Positions 25,316 through 39,136 are shown, counted from the stretch's first letter. The stretch is 64,000 nt of DNA from Octopus vulgaris (GCA_951406725.2 OX597836.1:4774001-4838000), one strand, 5' to 3'. Notes: a model not told the origin generated them from the sequence alone. Translations and numbers: made by a program.

Positions 25316-25824
25316 TGATAAGAATAAGGGAAAGAAGAATATTATTATTGGCCACAAGGGTCGAACACATAAAAGAATGGATAAATACAGAATCATGGGA
25401 CAAGTGGGACCTAACACAAAACACGTGCACAGCATCATATAATAATAGCAATAACAACAGCAAAATTAAAACGAGAAACTCCTCAAAAGTGAGTAGTTCT
25501 ACTCAGAGGTAACTAAGGAACTCCACACTTCCTTGTCACCTCAATCGCCAAGGGCATTCCAGGCAGGCACCCCACTCCTCATCATCTCCGCCGGCTTAGT
25601 TATAATAATGCATAAGCATTTTTGCAAATCGACAGGGTTCCCAGTGACGCAGCATGAGTATGTGCCATCAGGAGAATCCCTTGAGCTGCCCTCACTTGTG
25701 GGGTCCTACAAAAATGACAAACATTGCATAGTGATTCCCGGTAAAAGTGCCGCCCCTTTTGCACCCTCCATAGCTATGCTACTGTTAAACTCTACAGAGT
25801 TTGAAAGAACAAATATATATAAAT

Positions 25825-25995
25825 AGGCGCAGGCGTGACTGTGTAGTAAGTACTTGCTTACCAACCACATGGTTCCGGGTTCATTCTCACTGCGTGACAC
25901 CTTGGACAATTGTCTTCTACTATAGCCTCGGGATGACGAAAGCCTTGTGAGCGGATTTGGTAGAAGAAAGCTGAAGGAAGCCCGTCGTGTATATG

Positions 25996-26045
<50 letters not shown>

Positions 26046-26246
26046 TGTATATGTGTGTCTCTGTTTGTACCCCCACCATCGCTTGACAACCGATGGTGGT
26101 GTGTTTACGTCCCCATAACTTAGCAGTTCAGCAAAAGAGACCGATAGAATAAGTACTAGGCTTACAAAGAATAAGTCCTGGGGCCGATTTGCTCGACTAA
26201 AGGCAGTGCTTCAGCTTGGCCGCAGTCAAATGACTGAAACAAGTAA
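25825..26246 (+). mobile_element. SINE family C, full length
   Basis: GGCGCAGGCGTGACTGTGTAGTAAG head through GACTGAAACAAGTAA tail, with internal (TA)n(TG)n. Confidence 0.9.
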
Positions 26247-26447
26247 CATATATAGCTTTAATAACGAAACGCTTAGGCCATGTGCTCCTACGCGAAGTCA
26301 GTTTCATAATTGAGGGGGAAATGAAGACAGCGACCTCACACCGGCGTTTGGTTTCCATACTTGATAAATAATAACGCCTGATCTTCAACTTCATGAAAGC
26401 TTATACAATATTCACTTAGGAAAATATTATGTGTCAGCATTACTCTG

Positions 26448-26480
<33 letters not shown>

Positions 26481-26523
26481 CTTCCTCTCTTTCCCTCTCT
26501 CTCTCTCTCTCGCTCTCTATCTC

Positions 26524-26596
<73 letters not shown>

Positions 26597-26609
26597 ATAA
26601 GAATAAAGA

Positions 26610-26843
26610 GGGCGGCGAGCTGGCAGAATCGTTAACACGCCGGGCGAAATGCGTAGCCGTATTTCCTCTGCCGTTACGTTCTGAGTTCAAATTCCGCCGA
26701 GGTCGACTCTGCCTTTCATCTTTTCGGGGTCGATAAATTAAGTACCAGTTTCGCAGTGGGGGTCAACGTAATCGACTTAATCCGTTTGTCTGTCCTTTGT
26801 TTTCCCCCTCTGTGCTTAGCCCCTTGTGGGTAGTAAAGAAATA
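26610..26843 (+). mobile_element. SINE family D, young copy with 16-bp TSD
   Basis: Full head, core and tail; TSD TATATAAGAATAAAGA at 26594-26609 and 26844-26859. Confidence 0.92.
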
Positions 26844-27691
26844 TATATAAGAATAAAGAAATATATATATATATATATATATATATATCAATTTATCTAT
26901 CTATCTCGCTATATTGTCGCAAGATCTAACAGCCAAACGCACTACTACTATTACTACTACTATTACCACTACTACTATGACTACTGCAGCATCAGCAGCA
27001 CTCACAGCAACACGAAAACAATACGAACTAGTTAATGAGGTAACACAATATGACCCGTCATGAACGAGATTGTTATCACCACGTGTTAGGTTCAATTCCC
27101 AGTGCGGAAGTCCTTTTAAACATCGACTCTAATTTCAAAAAAAAATAACTCCAGCTGCAACGACAATAGCAATAATAATAACAATAATAATAATGATAAT
27201 GTTCATGAAAATTATTATATTTATTTCATTAATCTGCTACAAGGATCTGCTAGTTTCATTTCGCAAAAACGCTACGTAAAGGAATAAATAAGCGAAATGA
27301 AAGAAAGGAACAAAATCGTTACACAATGAACAATACAATAACACATATTACACGCATAGAAGCATACACACACACACACACATACACATACGTATACATA
27401 CTCATGTCTGTCTGTCTCTAGCTATATATATATATATATATATGGCGGTGGCCCAGCATGGTCACAGCTCGTGAGCTGAAACTAGAAAAAATAAAAATAA
27501 TAAAAATAAAAATATATATATATATATATACGCACACGTATATATACGTACTCAGTTACACATATGTACTTATACATATGGGTGTGTGTGTTTGCATGTA
27601 TACACACACACAGATGTATATGTATATTATGTAACTGTACGTATATATACGTAAGCATTTGTGTATTTATGTACGTGCGTGTGTGTGTGTG

Positions 27692-27739
<48 letters not shown>

Positions 27740-27784
27740 CAGATAGACAGACACACAGACAGACAGATAGTTAGTTAAACAGAC

Positions 27785-27850
<66 letters not shown>

Positions 27851-28779
27851 ATGCATACATAGATAAATACATACATAGATGCATACATAGATTTGTTGCT
27901 TGGTTGATAAGTGAGAGAGAGAGAGAGAGAGACATACAGACAGACATACAGACAGACAGACAAACACACACACACAGAAATTTACAGTGAACGAGAGAGA
28001 GAAAGAGAGAGAGAGACAAATAGACAGAGAACGAGAGAGAGAGTGAGAGAGACGGGGAAATTGAACGAAGAGACACTTGAACCACTTTACGTTCTTAAAA
28101 TACTTAAGGACACTACAAAACCTCCCACAGCCATTTAGGACCGAATATTGTAATGTTATTCATAGGGGGTTTCTATGCCCCACATCCACACTCCCCAAGG
28201 TCACCAATACAGGCGTCGAAGCAGGCAAAAATAATCACCCTCACAGCATCGTAATGGTTTTATGTACAGTAAATAGAAACACGGTTCTTGTCTGTATAAA
28301 TTAACCGTGATTCCTAGCGTTGAGAGGCCACGTGGTTGAACGGTTAAACTCGTGTGCAAATAGTAATTCCTTTGATTGTTCTTGGATTCAAATTCCACAA
28401 ATGATTGAAAATTGACTGAGTCCTTAAGCAAGACATTTAACGTCTTATCCACACTAACATTTGGTTGTAAGTTCACTTCGCAACTAATTTTGACCCGAAA
28501 TCCGTCTGACTGAATGCTACGTTGGGCGAGTATCTCTGTGTTTATCCCCCACCACCACTCGTAAACCGGTGTTGTTTTGGTTTTGTTACAACTGTTTATT
28601 TACGTCCGCGTACCATAGCGTCTAAGTCAAGAGCCCTCAACTGGCACTTGGGGGTGAGGTCTAAATCAGGGGCTCTCATATTTCTCTCGGTGTTCCATAT
28701 CAGACTTTCTTGTTAAAATTCATGTGTTATAAATTTCTTATACAATCCCTAAGAATATTTAATAAAGAAAACACTGTAG

Positions 28780-28852
28780 GATGTTTTTTTATCCAATAGA
28801 GTAAACCAGGAATGAAAGGGGCCCATAGGCAAAAAATGGTTGAGAACCACTG
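28780..28852. mobile_element. hAT (Charlie/Buster-type) terminal fragment
   Basis: Ends GGTTGAGAACCACTG (reverse complement CAGTGGTTCTCAACC), followed by the 8-mer ACCTAAAT matching nnnTAnnn. Confidence 0.5.
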
Positions 28853-29766
28853 ACCTAAATAGAGAATAGATAACAAAGTTAAACGAAAAATCAGTAGTGA
28901 GGTTTTTTTTTTTACTAAACCCTTCAGAGCTGTGCCCCAACTGGCCACACACCAAGACGAAAACGCAGTCTTGATTCCACCAAAGGGTTGCCAATAAATA
29001 TTTGGTGGATGGGATTTGCGCAAACGGGGTCCTGTCGTTTTGACGGATCATTAGTGTTTTGTATATTGTTTCTTTTTTTTTTCGTGTGGGCCAGACATTG
29101 CTCTGTCATCATAATTTAACCTCACCGCCATGTTTATTTTAAGCACGTGTAGGTCTCACATCTAAAAATACAACGCTTTTCTTCCTACTGCCAAACACGT
29201 AGGACCTCAAAACGCCCTGGATTAAAATGAAAACTCACAGAGAACCGGAAACCTGATACAGTTTCCTTCCTTGTTGAAAAATATACTTAGAATTCTAGCA
29301 TTCTTGGGAATGGCCTTCGGAATGGCAGTCAACCACCCACAGTACACCATTCTATACAGCATATATACGCTCAACATATATACACAGACAACCAAACGCA
29401 TACACTCTCATATACATACATACATACATACATACATACATACATACATACATACATACATACATACATACACACATGCAGAAACCCAATATAACCGGTT
29501 GATGATGCATATTCAGCGACCGGATGCGGACATATGCCATCCCATTACGGGATGCATGCACGCCACTACTTACCATCTCAAGTCTTTCTTGAAATCGGAA
29601 AATTTCACATTTGTTAAAGAAATTCCTTTGTTTTTTTTTTTATTCTTTTATAATCATTTTTGTGTTTCTGAAGACACATTATTACTTTCGTTCTGTGTTA
29701 ATTTTTATGTTTCGTTAAAAATTTTCCGTTGGGTATTTGTTGTACATATAAAACCCAGTGAGTGTG

Positions 29767-29797
<31 letters not shown>

Positions 29798-30719
29798 ATA
29801 CGTGTGAATGTGTGTGTTTTTGGGGAGAATGAGAGTACGAGGGAATGGGGCGTCTATATGGTGCCAAACTTCTACTAAGAAAACACTAGGGTAGGCGATT
29901 TAACGCTCACCTTCAGCATTTTATTTCTCCCACATGTGCTAGCATGAGCGCCAAGAATATACCTAGAGCTTGTGTTTGGGAAATAGTAGGGTGCACTACC
30001 AACCATATGATCACAACTAGACTGAACCAAATCAGGGCCCTCTTGGGTGTGGCTTGGTCAGCACGAATCCTACAAAATTAATATCTGAGATCTTAATAGT
30101 ACTGAACCTAAAATGGGATCATGTTGGTAAAGACTGGCAAATTGTTAAGCTTTGGCTCTGCTCAGTTACGGCGCATCTGGGCCTTAACAAGAACAGTTAC
30201 AACAACAAAACAAAAACAACAGCTGTTGATTTTCGTTATAAGATTGATCCTCCACCAGATTCGAAGAGGAACCTTTAATTTGTTCGATCATATGGATTCC
30301 TACTCGAGGAATTTGCGTGTAAGTTACTGACCGTTCCACAAACACATAATGCTGCAACACTCTCAGAATGTATGACCAAGGAGAATCGGTGAATTGCATG
30401 TTGAATTCAAAGAGTCAGTGAGTGAGAGAAGGAGAGAGAGAGAGAGAGAGAATTGGTCCTTATACTTTATTTATCGACTTTACCCTAGATAATGAGAGCA
30501 AAATGGATGTAAGCAGGATTAGAACTCTGACTACAAAAACCGGAGTAAAGATTAGACGAAATGCTATCTGGCGCTAACGATTTAGTCCACCGGTCAAATC
30601 TGATTATACACACACATACACACACACACACCACATACACATATATACATACATATATATATATAGACAGACAGACCGATAGATAGAAAGACAGGTAGAT
30701 AGATGTGAGTGAGCGTGAA

Positions 30720-31035
30720 TGTGTCTGACTTAGTGGTTAAGGTATTCGGGTCACGTTCTTAAGGTCGTGAGTTCGGTTCCCGGTGTCACGTTTTGTCCTT
30801 AAGGAAGATACTTTATTGCACGTTGGCCCAGTCCACTCGGCTGACGAAAATGCGATATAATTGTATTTCAAATGGCCAGCCTTCTCGCATAATATCTCAA
30901 AGATGAATTTCACAAGGAACGGCGCTGGGTGTATGCGCGTCTGTCGAGTACTCAACCACCTGCACGTTAATTACACCAGCAGGTTCTTGCGTTGATCTTA
31001 TGAGTTGGAACGCTTGTCGACGTAACCGACGGAGG
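30720..31035 (+). mobile_element. Chimeric SINE: B/E-type head and core with family A tail
   Basis: TAGTGGTTAAGG..GTTCGGTTCCC head, CACGTTGGCCCAGTCCACTCGGCTG core, then TGTATTTCAAATGGCCAGCC...CACGTTAATT...CGTAACCGACGGAG as in 35502-35675. Confidence 0.7.
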
Positions 31036-31133
31036 ACCAGGCGAGGTATTTATATCAATCAATATAACTACCACACTCTCTATCTGCCCAACTGTCTATC
31101 AACCTATCTGTGTGTATATATACATATACAAAC

Positions 31134-31196
<63 letters not shown>

Positions 31197-31869
31197 TGTG
31201 TGTCTGTGTGTGTATGTACGTATATATATATATAACTATTGTAAGTGGTCATATTGATTTCACCGTTGCTTAACCCAAGTTCAGACATGACTGAGTAGAT
31301 TCAAATTACGAAAGAAGCCACCATTGTTAATATTAAAAATGTTAGCGTGGAGTGAAGAATATATTGTTGGAATTATATGAAACTGTGGCTCCTTTATTGA
31401 GTCGTGCAAAAACATGGACGCTTCCTTTTTCGTTATCGTTTCATATGAACTCAAATCCAGTCGGTTTCAACCTTGCCACAAAAGCTTTTGGACTCGATAA
31501 AAGAAAGAGACTGTGAACAACTCAGTTCGATGTAATTGACTGTAAAACGCTTTCTAAAACTGCTGGGCTTTTTGTCATGATTTAAAAAAAATTGCTGTTG
31601 TTGAAAGTGTGGAAAGGGGTTCAGGAATATGATTCTGTCAGGGTCAGCAAAGTGTCGGGGGAAAAAGAACGGGCGTTACTTAACTCAGACATTTTACCTT
31701 CCGCGTTCAGACCTGGTCGAGGTTAGTTTGAATTGCTGAAATAAAGTAACAGTTAGATACTAGTGGTTGATTTATTACATAATTTCTCTCTGTAAAATGA
31801 AGCGTGGCCTTGTGTGTGAGTTAAACACTCAAGTCAACATTGGCCGAAGGCACTCCACCTGTGAGCAGC

Positions 31870-31937
<68 letters not shown>

Positions 31938-32147
31938 TAGATAGCCAGATAGACAGATAGATTGATCGATCGACAGATAGAAAAAAAATATATATATATA
32001 GATATATAGATAGATATATAGATCATCGGGTAAGGCATAATCTTTTTTATTATTGTTTAAAAGACGTTAGTTTCTGTTTCCAGTGACATATGATTTTGGA
32101 CATTTGTAAGTCAAGCTACTTACCTCTAACGTTATTATTATTATTAT

Positions 32148-32510
32148 TCGATGTCGACTTTGCCTATCCTTTGGGGGTCGATAAATTAAGTACCAGTGAA
32201 ATACTGTGGTCGATGTAAACTACTAGTTCCCTCCACCAAAATTTCAGGCCTTGTGCCTATAATAGAAAGGATTGTTTTTATTATTATTATTATCATTATT
32301 ATTATTATTAAGTTAGGGAGCTGATAGAAACGTTAGCGCGTCGAACAACATATTTAGCGCAATTTTCCGGCTTCTTTATGTTATTTGTTCAAATCTGCTG
32401 AGATCAAATTTGCTGCTCAACCTTTTACAGATCGATAAATTAAACTTTTAATTGATTAATCACCTTCCCCGTAAAAATTGCTGGCATTGTGCCGACATTT
32501 TAAGCCATTA
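32148..32510 (+). mobile_element. Two adjacent SINE family D copies (first one 5'-truncated)
   Basis: GTCGACTTTGCCTATCCTTTGGGGGTCGATAAATTAAGTACCAG core; second head GGGAGCTGATAGAAACGTTAGC at about 32316. Confidence 0.7.
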
Positions 32511-33801
32511 TTTATTTATTTGTTCGTTTGTTTTATTATCCTTGTTGTTGTTGTTGTTATTATTATTCCTCATGTTGTTGTTGTTGGCTGTGGTGAGTTA
32601 AAGAAGAAAAAAATGTATGTTTACATTTTTGTAAATCGTTGTTGCTGATATTGTTTTTTTTGTTATTGTTATTTCTATGTTTTACTCCAGATATTTTTTT
32701 CTTTTTTGTATTTTCGTTTTGATATTTCTTCAATATTTTCGGACTTTTTTTATTCCTTGACATATTTTTTCACACATTTTGTTATAGTTGTTAAGTAAAT
32801 TTTTTTGGCATATTTATTTATTATAATCGTACGACAAACACACACGAACTTTCTCCTACCATTCCATTGTTTTTTCGCCCCATTCCCCGCCACTTCAAAA
32901 ATATGTGATATAACTATGAAATGAAAGCAAATAAAAACCATGATAATGGAAAATTTAAACACCACGGCAAGAGAAAAAACAACAACTACAAGATGCTAAT
33001 ATACAAAAAAGCATACAAGCAAACAAAACACACACACACAAACACATACACACAGATATATAAACACACACATGCGCTCACAGAAGGATTTAAATACATA
33101 CGTACAAAAGAGACAATGTTTTTCACAAAGTTATCGAAAATGAAAAGAAGTTTTATCAAGTAATCATAAACATTTGTAAAAGACTTGGGAAAGAGAAAAA
33201 GAAAGAAAGAATAGGAGAGATTGACAAAGTGTGAAAGAGGTGAAAGCGGGGGAGAGAGAGAGAGAGAGAGTGAGTGAGTGATTGAGAGAGAAATGTGAGT
33301 GCAAAAGAGGATACTACGGAAAGAAATAGAAAAAGCTGGGAAGAAGAAAGAAAGATTAAGAGGAAAAAAAGAGACTGTTATAATATATTTTACAATAAAA
33401 TTTTTAAAAAATCAAAATTCAAAATGGTGGAAAGCAGCGTGTTTTACAATAGTGAAATGTGCTGTTAATATAAGACCACCATTTTGGAAAAGAAAAAGAA
33501 GATACATTTTCATACAGACATGCATGAAATTATTAACACGAACACATTAAATGCGGCACATCTACATACAAACATACACATATACATACATACACACATA
33601 CATGCATGCATACATACGTACGTACATACATAAATATATATATATATGCATGTATATATTATGTATATATATATTTGTATAATGTATGTATGTAGGTATA
33701 TATATGCATATATACACACACACAGACACACACACACATATATACATGTACAGATATATATTCATCAGAGGCTGAGGCGTAATTATAAACTGACTCGAAC
33801 T

Positions 33802-33840
33802 GTGACTCTATACCGTGACTCTATACAGTGACTCTATACC
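33802..33840. repeat. 13-bp tandem repeat x3 (GTGACTCTATACC/A)
   Basis: Units at 33802, 33815 and 33828. Confidence 0.9.
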
Positions 33841-34619
33841 GCCATGAATCATACCAACCCAGTCACAGACATGAAACAAATGTATACATAGTGTAAATAC
33901 CTACATGTTTACATCGAAATTTCAATGTCAAGAGCCTCTGAAAAAACGAAAGGAGTTTAAAAATTCTAAAAGGCAAAAGAACAAAAAACGAAAGAATATA
34001 TCCACTCGCACGAACACGCTCAAAGAATGTAATACAGCCATGCAACAACATAATATACAAGCGAATATACAAAAAATACACAAAGAATATACAAAGACTT
34101 TTTTCTGTTTGAGTAACAGACACTGTTGATTGTGTTTATCACATAAAAAATCGAAAAATTATAAACAATTAAGAGATTATTTAATTATATATATATATAA
34201 ATATAAAAGAATGAGATAATTGTACAAAATAAAGGCGAGGTAAGTTTTACAAAATTATCGTGTTTCTGACTTATGTATTCTCATCCATGCGTATGTTATT
34301 TTATTTTGTGTATATGTTATGTCATTTATTACATAATTTATTATATATTTTGTAATACAGGTCTTACGTATAACTATCTACCCGTCCATCTATAACTTTC
34401 TCTTTACCCACGTGTCTGAATAACTATGTATGGTTCTGTTCTTCAGCCGCACGCGTTGCAACCAGTTGGCTTCTCCTTCAGTCCCTCCGCGCAGCAAATG
34501 CTCAAATGCCTTCTCTTATAGCCTCACATTGACTGGTGCCTCATTAATCAATTTGAGGAACGGTATATGTGTAGAAACTAGTCGTGTTTGTGTATGTATG
34601 CATGTACGTACGTATGTAC

Positions 34620-34670
<51 letters not shown>

Positions 34671-35298
34671 TATACATATATATATATATATATATGCATG
34701 TATACACGCACGCACATACACACACATATATGTCTGAGTGTGTGTATACATGTATGCATATATATACATATCTCCCGCTTTCTCTCTCTATATATATATT
34801 TATAATATATAATATATATGCATATATACATATGTATACGTACATACCTATATGTATACGCATATACATATGCATATGTGGGCACAGGACGTCACAAAGC
34901 GTAAACAACAAAATGTATGGAGTACAAGGAAATGGAAAGTAGGTATATACAGTACAGTTGAAAAGGAGTGACACGTCACGGACATTGTGCACGGTCTTCG
35001 TATCTCTAGATACGCCAGAATACAGAATACGTGCGGCGCATAGGTAAATGGAGCGCATAAATGTATTCAGTATGCATTCATTATCAACAGAATCTCGCTA
35101 AATTTCGTTCAGCATTAAAAAAAAAGTTACGTGATTAAATACTGCTGCTGTGATTCCTCAGTATTACTGGGTAATGTCGAGAAATGCTAATCTTCCGAAT
35201 CGTGTACGTTGTATAAAGCGTTAACACGTACAAAGTTTTGTGCTTCTTTTAAATAACAGATGAAAGTGTTCTCTCCCGAGTTATATATATTTGTAAAG

Positions 35299-35681
35299 TG
35301 GAGGCGCAATGGCCCAGTGGTTAGGGCAGCGGACTCGCGGTCGTAGGAACGCGATTTCGATTCCCAGACCGGGCGTTGTGAGTGTTTATTGAGCGAAAAC
35401 ACCTAAAGCTCCACGAGGCTCCGGCAGGGGATGGTGGTGATCCCTGCTGTACTCTTTCACCACAACATTCTCTCACTGTTACTTCCTGTTTCTGTTGTAC
35501 CTGTATTTCAAAGGGGCCGGCCTTGTCACTCTCTGTGTCACGCTGAATATCCCCGAGAACTACGTTAAGGGTACACGTGTCTGTGGAGTGCTCAGCCACT
35601 TACACGTTAATTTCACGACAGGCTGTTCCGTTGATTCGAATCAACCGGAACCCTCGTCGTCGTAACCGACGGAGTGCTTCC
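35299..35681 (+). mobile_element. tRNA-derived SINE, family A, full length with 14-bp TSD
   Basis: A-box TGGCCCAGTGG, B-box-like TTCGATTCCC; TSD ATATATTTGTAAAG at 35285-35298 and 35682-35695. Confidence 0.92.
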
Positions 35682-35695
35682 ATATATTTGTAAAG

Positions 35696-35909
35696 CTGGT
35701 TTCCCGATTTCCATGACGGATATATTTCCTACCTGGACGGGACGCCGGTCCGTCGCAGGATAACTCGCTATTGTCAGCTGAGTGGACTGGAGCAACGTGA
35801 AATGAAGAGTTTTGCTCAAGAATACAATGCATTGCCCAGTCCATGATTCGAAACCACAATCTTACGATCATGATTCTAGCACCCTACACACTAATCCATG
35901 CACCTCCAC
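35696..35909 (-). mobile_element. tRNA-derived SINE, family B
   Basis: Reverse complement of the 44415-44640 element. Confidence 0.85.
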
Positions 35910-36296
35910 CATAAATACTTTGATAAAAAATGTGTGTGTGTCTGCGAGTGTGACATTGTATTGTAACCAAAAGTCAAATTAAAAACACGTATGTTTCTAT
36001 TGAATTACTCAACAGTTGACACCATTTATCCAAACATTCTCAGAGGGTCCTTTTTGCAAAATATTTTCTCGAAGCGCTATTTGCCTTTCAATGTACAATA
36101 ATATCGATATTATAACGACTTGAGTGAAAGTATTAATAAGTGATATAGGTTCCACAAGTAAAAGGTAACGGAACACAATTAAACTCAGGTCATAGCCGTA
36201 TTTTGATCCTATGTGTAACAAACAAACGCATATTCACACACACACGCGCGCGCGCAGACACAGATACATATGGTCACTCACACACATATATATAAT

Positions 36297-36640
36297 GAAG
36301 GCACATGGCTAAGTGATTAAAACGTCGGTTTCACAATCCTGAGGTAGTAAGTTCGATTCCGAGCCCAGGTTGTGTGTATTGATCCTGAACAAGACACGTT
36401 ATTTCACATTGCCCCAGTTCACTCAGCGGTAGAAATGAGCTGCGACGTCACTGGTACCAAGCTGTATCGGCCCCTTTGCCTTTCTCTTAGATAACATCGG
36501 TGATGCAGAGATGGGACGATGGTGTTCATGGGTGACTGCTGGTGTTTCCTAAACAACCTTGCCCTGACTTGTGCCTCGGGGAAGAACCCTCTAGGTGCAA
36601 TCCCTTGGTCAGTCATGACCGAATGAAATCTTTACTTTTT
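36297..36640 (+). mobile_element. tRNA-derived SINE, family E
   Basis: tRNA-like head and core shared with family B; tail GCCCCTTTGCCTT...CTAGGTGCAATCCC shared with 50908-51210. Confidence 0.8.
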
Positions 36641-36683
36641 CATATACACACACAGGCACACATCTTTATTTCTCTCTCTCCTT

Positions 36684-36803
<120 letters not shown>

Positions 36804-36897
36804 TGATGTCATTGCAGCCTTCTTAATATATCACATTACTCTACCACCGGTATTCGTGCACCACCTTGTTTCATATTTATGTGCTGACTCTGGTATG

Positions 36898-36957
<60 letters not shown>

Positions 36958-36959
36958 TA

Positions 36960-37190
36960 CGACCATGTAACGACATTTGCACTTTTCTGCAGACCATCTT
37001 TTTCTACATTTTTTACCTTTACACTAAACTTTTAGCTCAATCCGACGAAGAGCCATGCTCGAAACGTCAATTCTATATTTCTATCTGAAACTTTCACAGA
37101 GGATTAATTACATTTATGCAATGTGCTGGGTCGAACATTCTTGTGTTACTTTGTCCTTTTTTCCTCCGTGTTCTTACCACTTTCCCCTCT
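36960..37190 (+). mobile_element. Penelope-like pseudo-LTR fragment with a degenerate minimal hammerhead motif
   Basis: CCGACGA-A-GAGC-CAT-GCTC-GAAACGTC at 37042-37068; flanked by (TA)n and (CT)n(TA)n. Confidence 0.5.
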
Positions 37191-37306
<116 letters not shown>

Positions 37307-37739
37307 TTTGAATACAGTAAAGAGGAAATTTGAATCGGTTTGCGGTTTCTTTCAATCCGGCTTTTAGGCCATTGCGCCTAAACAAAGCAAAATGGAAATA
37401 AATATGCCGTCCGGTTGCATGGTAAATGCTATTTGACATGTAATCGCAGCGTGTGTACTTTATGCAATTAATATTCATATGTTCGGCAATCTGCTGATCT
37501 GTTCACTCCACCAAAATATCGTTTGAACAGAATCGTTGTTCTGAAAATATAATTCCTGTTTATTTTAGACATGAATGACTTCGCTCACTTTTGTTGATTT
37601 CGAATTCCATTATACATAAATAACATTCGCGTATGTATGTGTGGTCCTGAGTTCGTATGTATACATGTGTGTGTGTGCGTGTTTGTGTGTGTGGTGTGTG
37701 TGTGTGTGTGTGTGTGTATCTTTTTCTTTCATATTTTAA

Positions 37740-38175
37740 CCCTTTACTTTAGTCATTAGACAACAGCCAAACTGGGGCACAGCGTAGAAGAGAGTTTTGT
37801 CGAAGGAATCGAACCTTCTAATTTTTTTTTCACGCCTGATACTTATTTGATGTTGCAATTTTCCCGAACGGCTAATTCCCTGGGTCGTAAACAAAGCAGT
37901 AACGGTTGTGAAGCAGTGGCAGGGAACTAACACAGACACAAAGACATACACACGCATACACACACGCACACACAAACACACGCATACACAGAAACACGCA
38001 CATGCACACACATATATATATAACATGACAGGCTTCTTTCAGTTTCCGTCTCCCAAATCCCCTCATGAGGCTCTGGTTGGATGGAGGTTATTGCAGAATA
38101 TCCTTGCCTAAGTTGCCACGCAGTGGGATTGAACCCGGAACCATGTGGTTGGGAAGCAAAGCTTTTACAACACCG
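37740..38175 (-). mobile_element. SINE family C, degenerate
   Basis: GGCTTCTTTCAGTTTCCGTC and GAACCCGGAACCATGTGGTTGG motifs. Confidence 0.75.
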
Positions 38176-38183
38176 CCATGTCG

Positions 38184-38224
<41 letters not shown>

Positions 38225-39136
38225 TGTTTCTTTGTCATGTTTGCTCCGCACAACCGTCTTGGACAAGTGTTGGTTTGTTTACGTCCCTTCCACATTGCGT
38301 TTTACCAAAAGCGACCGATGGCATAAAGTACCAAACATAAAAACCTGTAGTACTGGGGTCAATTTTGTTGGTGCTCCAGAATGGTAGCAGCCGGCTGTCG
38401 AACAAATATAAAAAGTAAAATTCATACTGTTGCTATTATGTCTAAGTCTGTCCAAATTTGTTCAAATACTTTTTTTTTTTCAATATTTCAATATATAATT
38501 TTGCCTGCAATAGTCCGTTCTTTTGGTCAAACTATCGTATGTCCAGCTGCTTCAGATGCCAAGATATGAAAATTGCCAAAGTGTAGTACAACAATGGTTT
38601 AGCTTTTCCAAAAGTATAGTAAGTCCCACATACGACAGTTTTGCAAAAATATTTCTCACTGAAAATATCATACCTGCACGGAATTAAGATTTTATGCTAC
38701 CAACAAAGTATTATTGTTAAGCTGAAACTGTTGCTTAATGTAAAAAGAAACGGAATGGTGAAACTATCTTTTTCCTTTTCTGAAAAAGCAACGTTTTGGA
38801 CTTACGACACTCTTGTTTAATAGCAATGCTATGTATGTAAAGGGAGAGGAAGAGAGAGGGGGGCTGAGAGTTTTATATATAAATATGCATACATTTGTGT
38901 ATGTGTGTGTGCATGATTAGGTGTGTGTACTCTTTAAGTGCTTCTGCGTAATGCAAACGTTGAAAGCAGACGACACAATAAATGTTTATAGAATACGATC
39001 TATTTCTTGAATCACGAACTTCTTAACGTTGTAAAGAAATCTAATCTAATTGTAAACATATATATACTTGCATGTATGTATGAATGTATGTATGCATGTA
39101 TGTATGTATGTATGTATGTATGTATGTATGTATGTA

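Noticed and set aside
25740-25785. CAGTAGCATAGC-type DNA transposon terminus (minus strand)
   Set aside because: No matching opposite TIR or TSD found.
33802-33840. CRISPR-like repeat array
   Set aside because: Contiguous 13-bp units with no spacers and no cas genes; eukaryotic DNA.
35299-35375. tRNA gene-like sequences (also at 44415 and 50908)
   Set aside because: They continue into repeated bodies and tails, some with TSDs, so they are SINE heads rather than tRNA genes.
38600-38815. Imperfect inverted GTAAGTCC / GGACTTAC pair
   Set aside because: Too short and degenerate to define an element.
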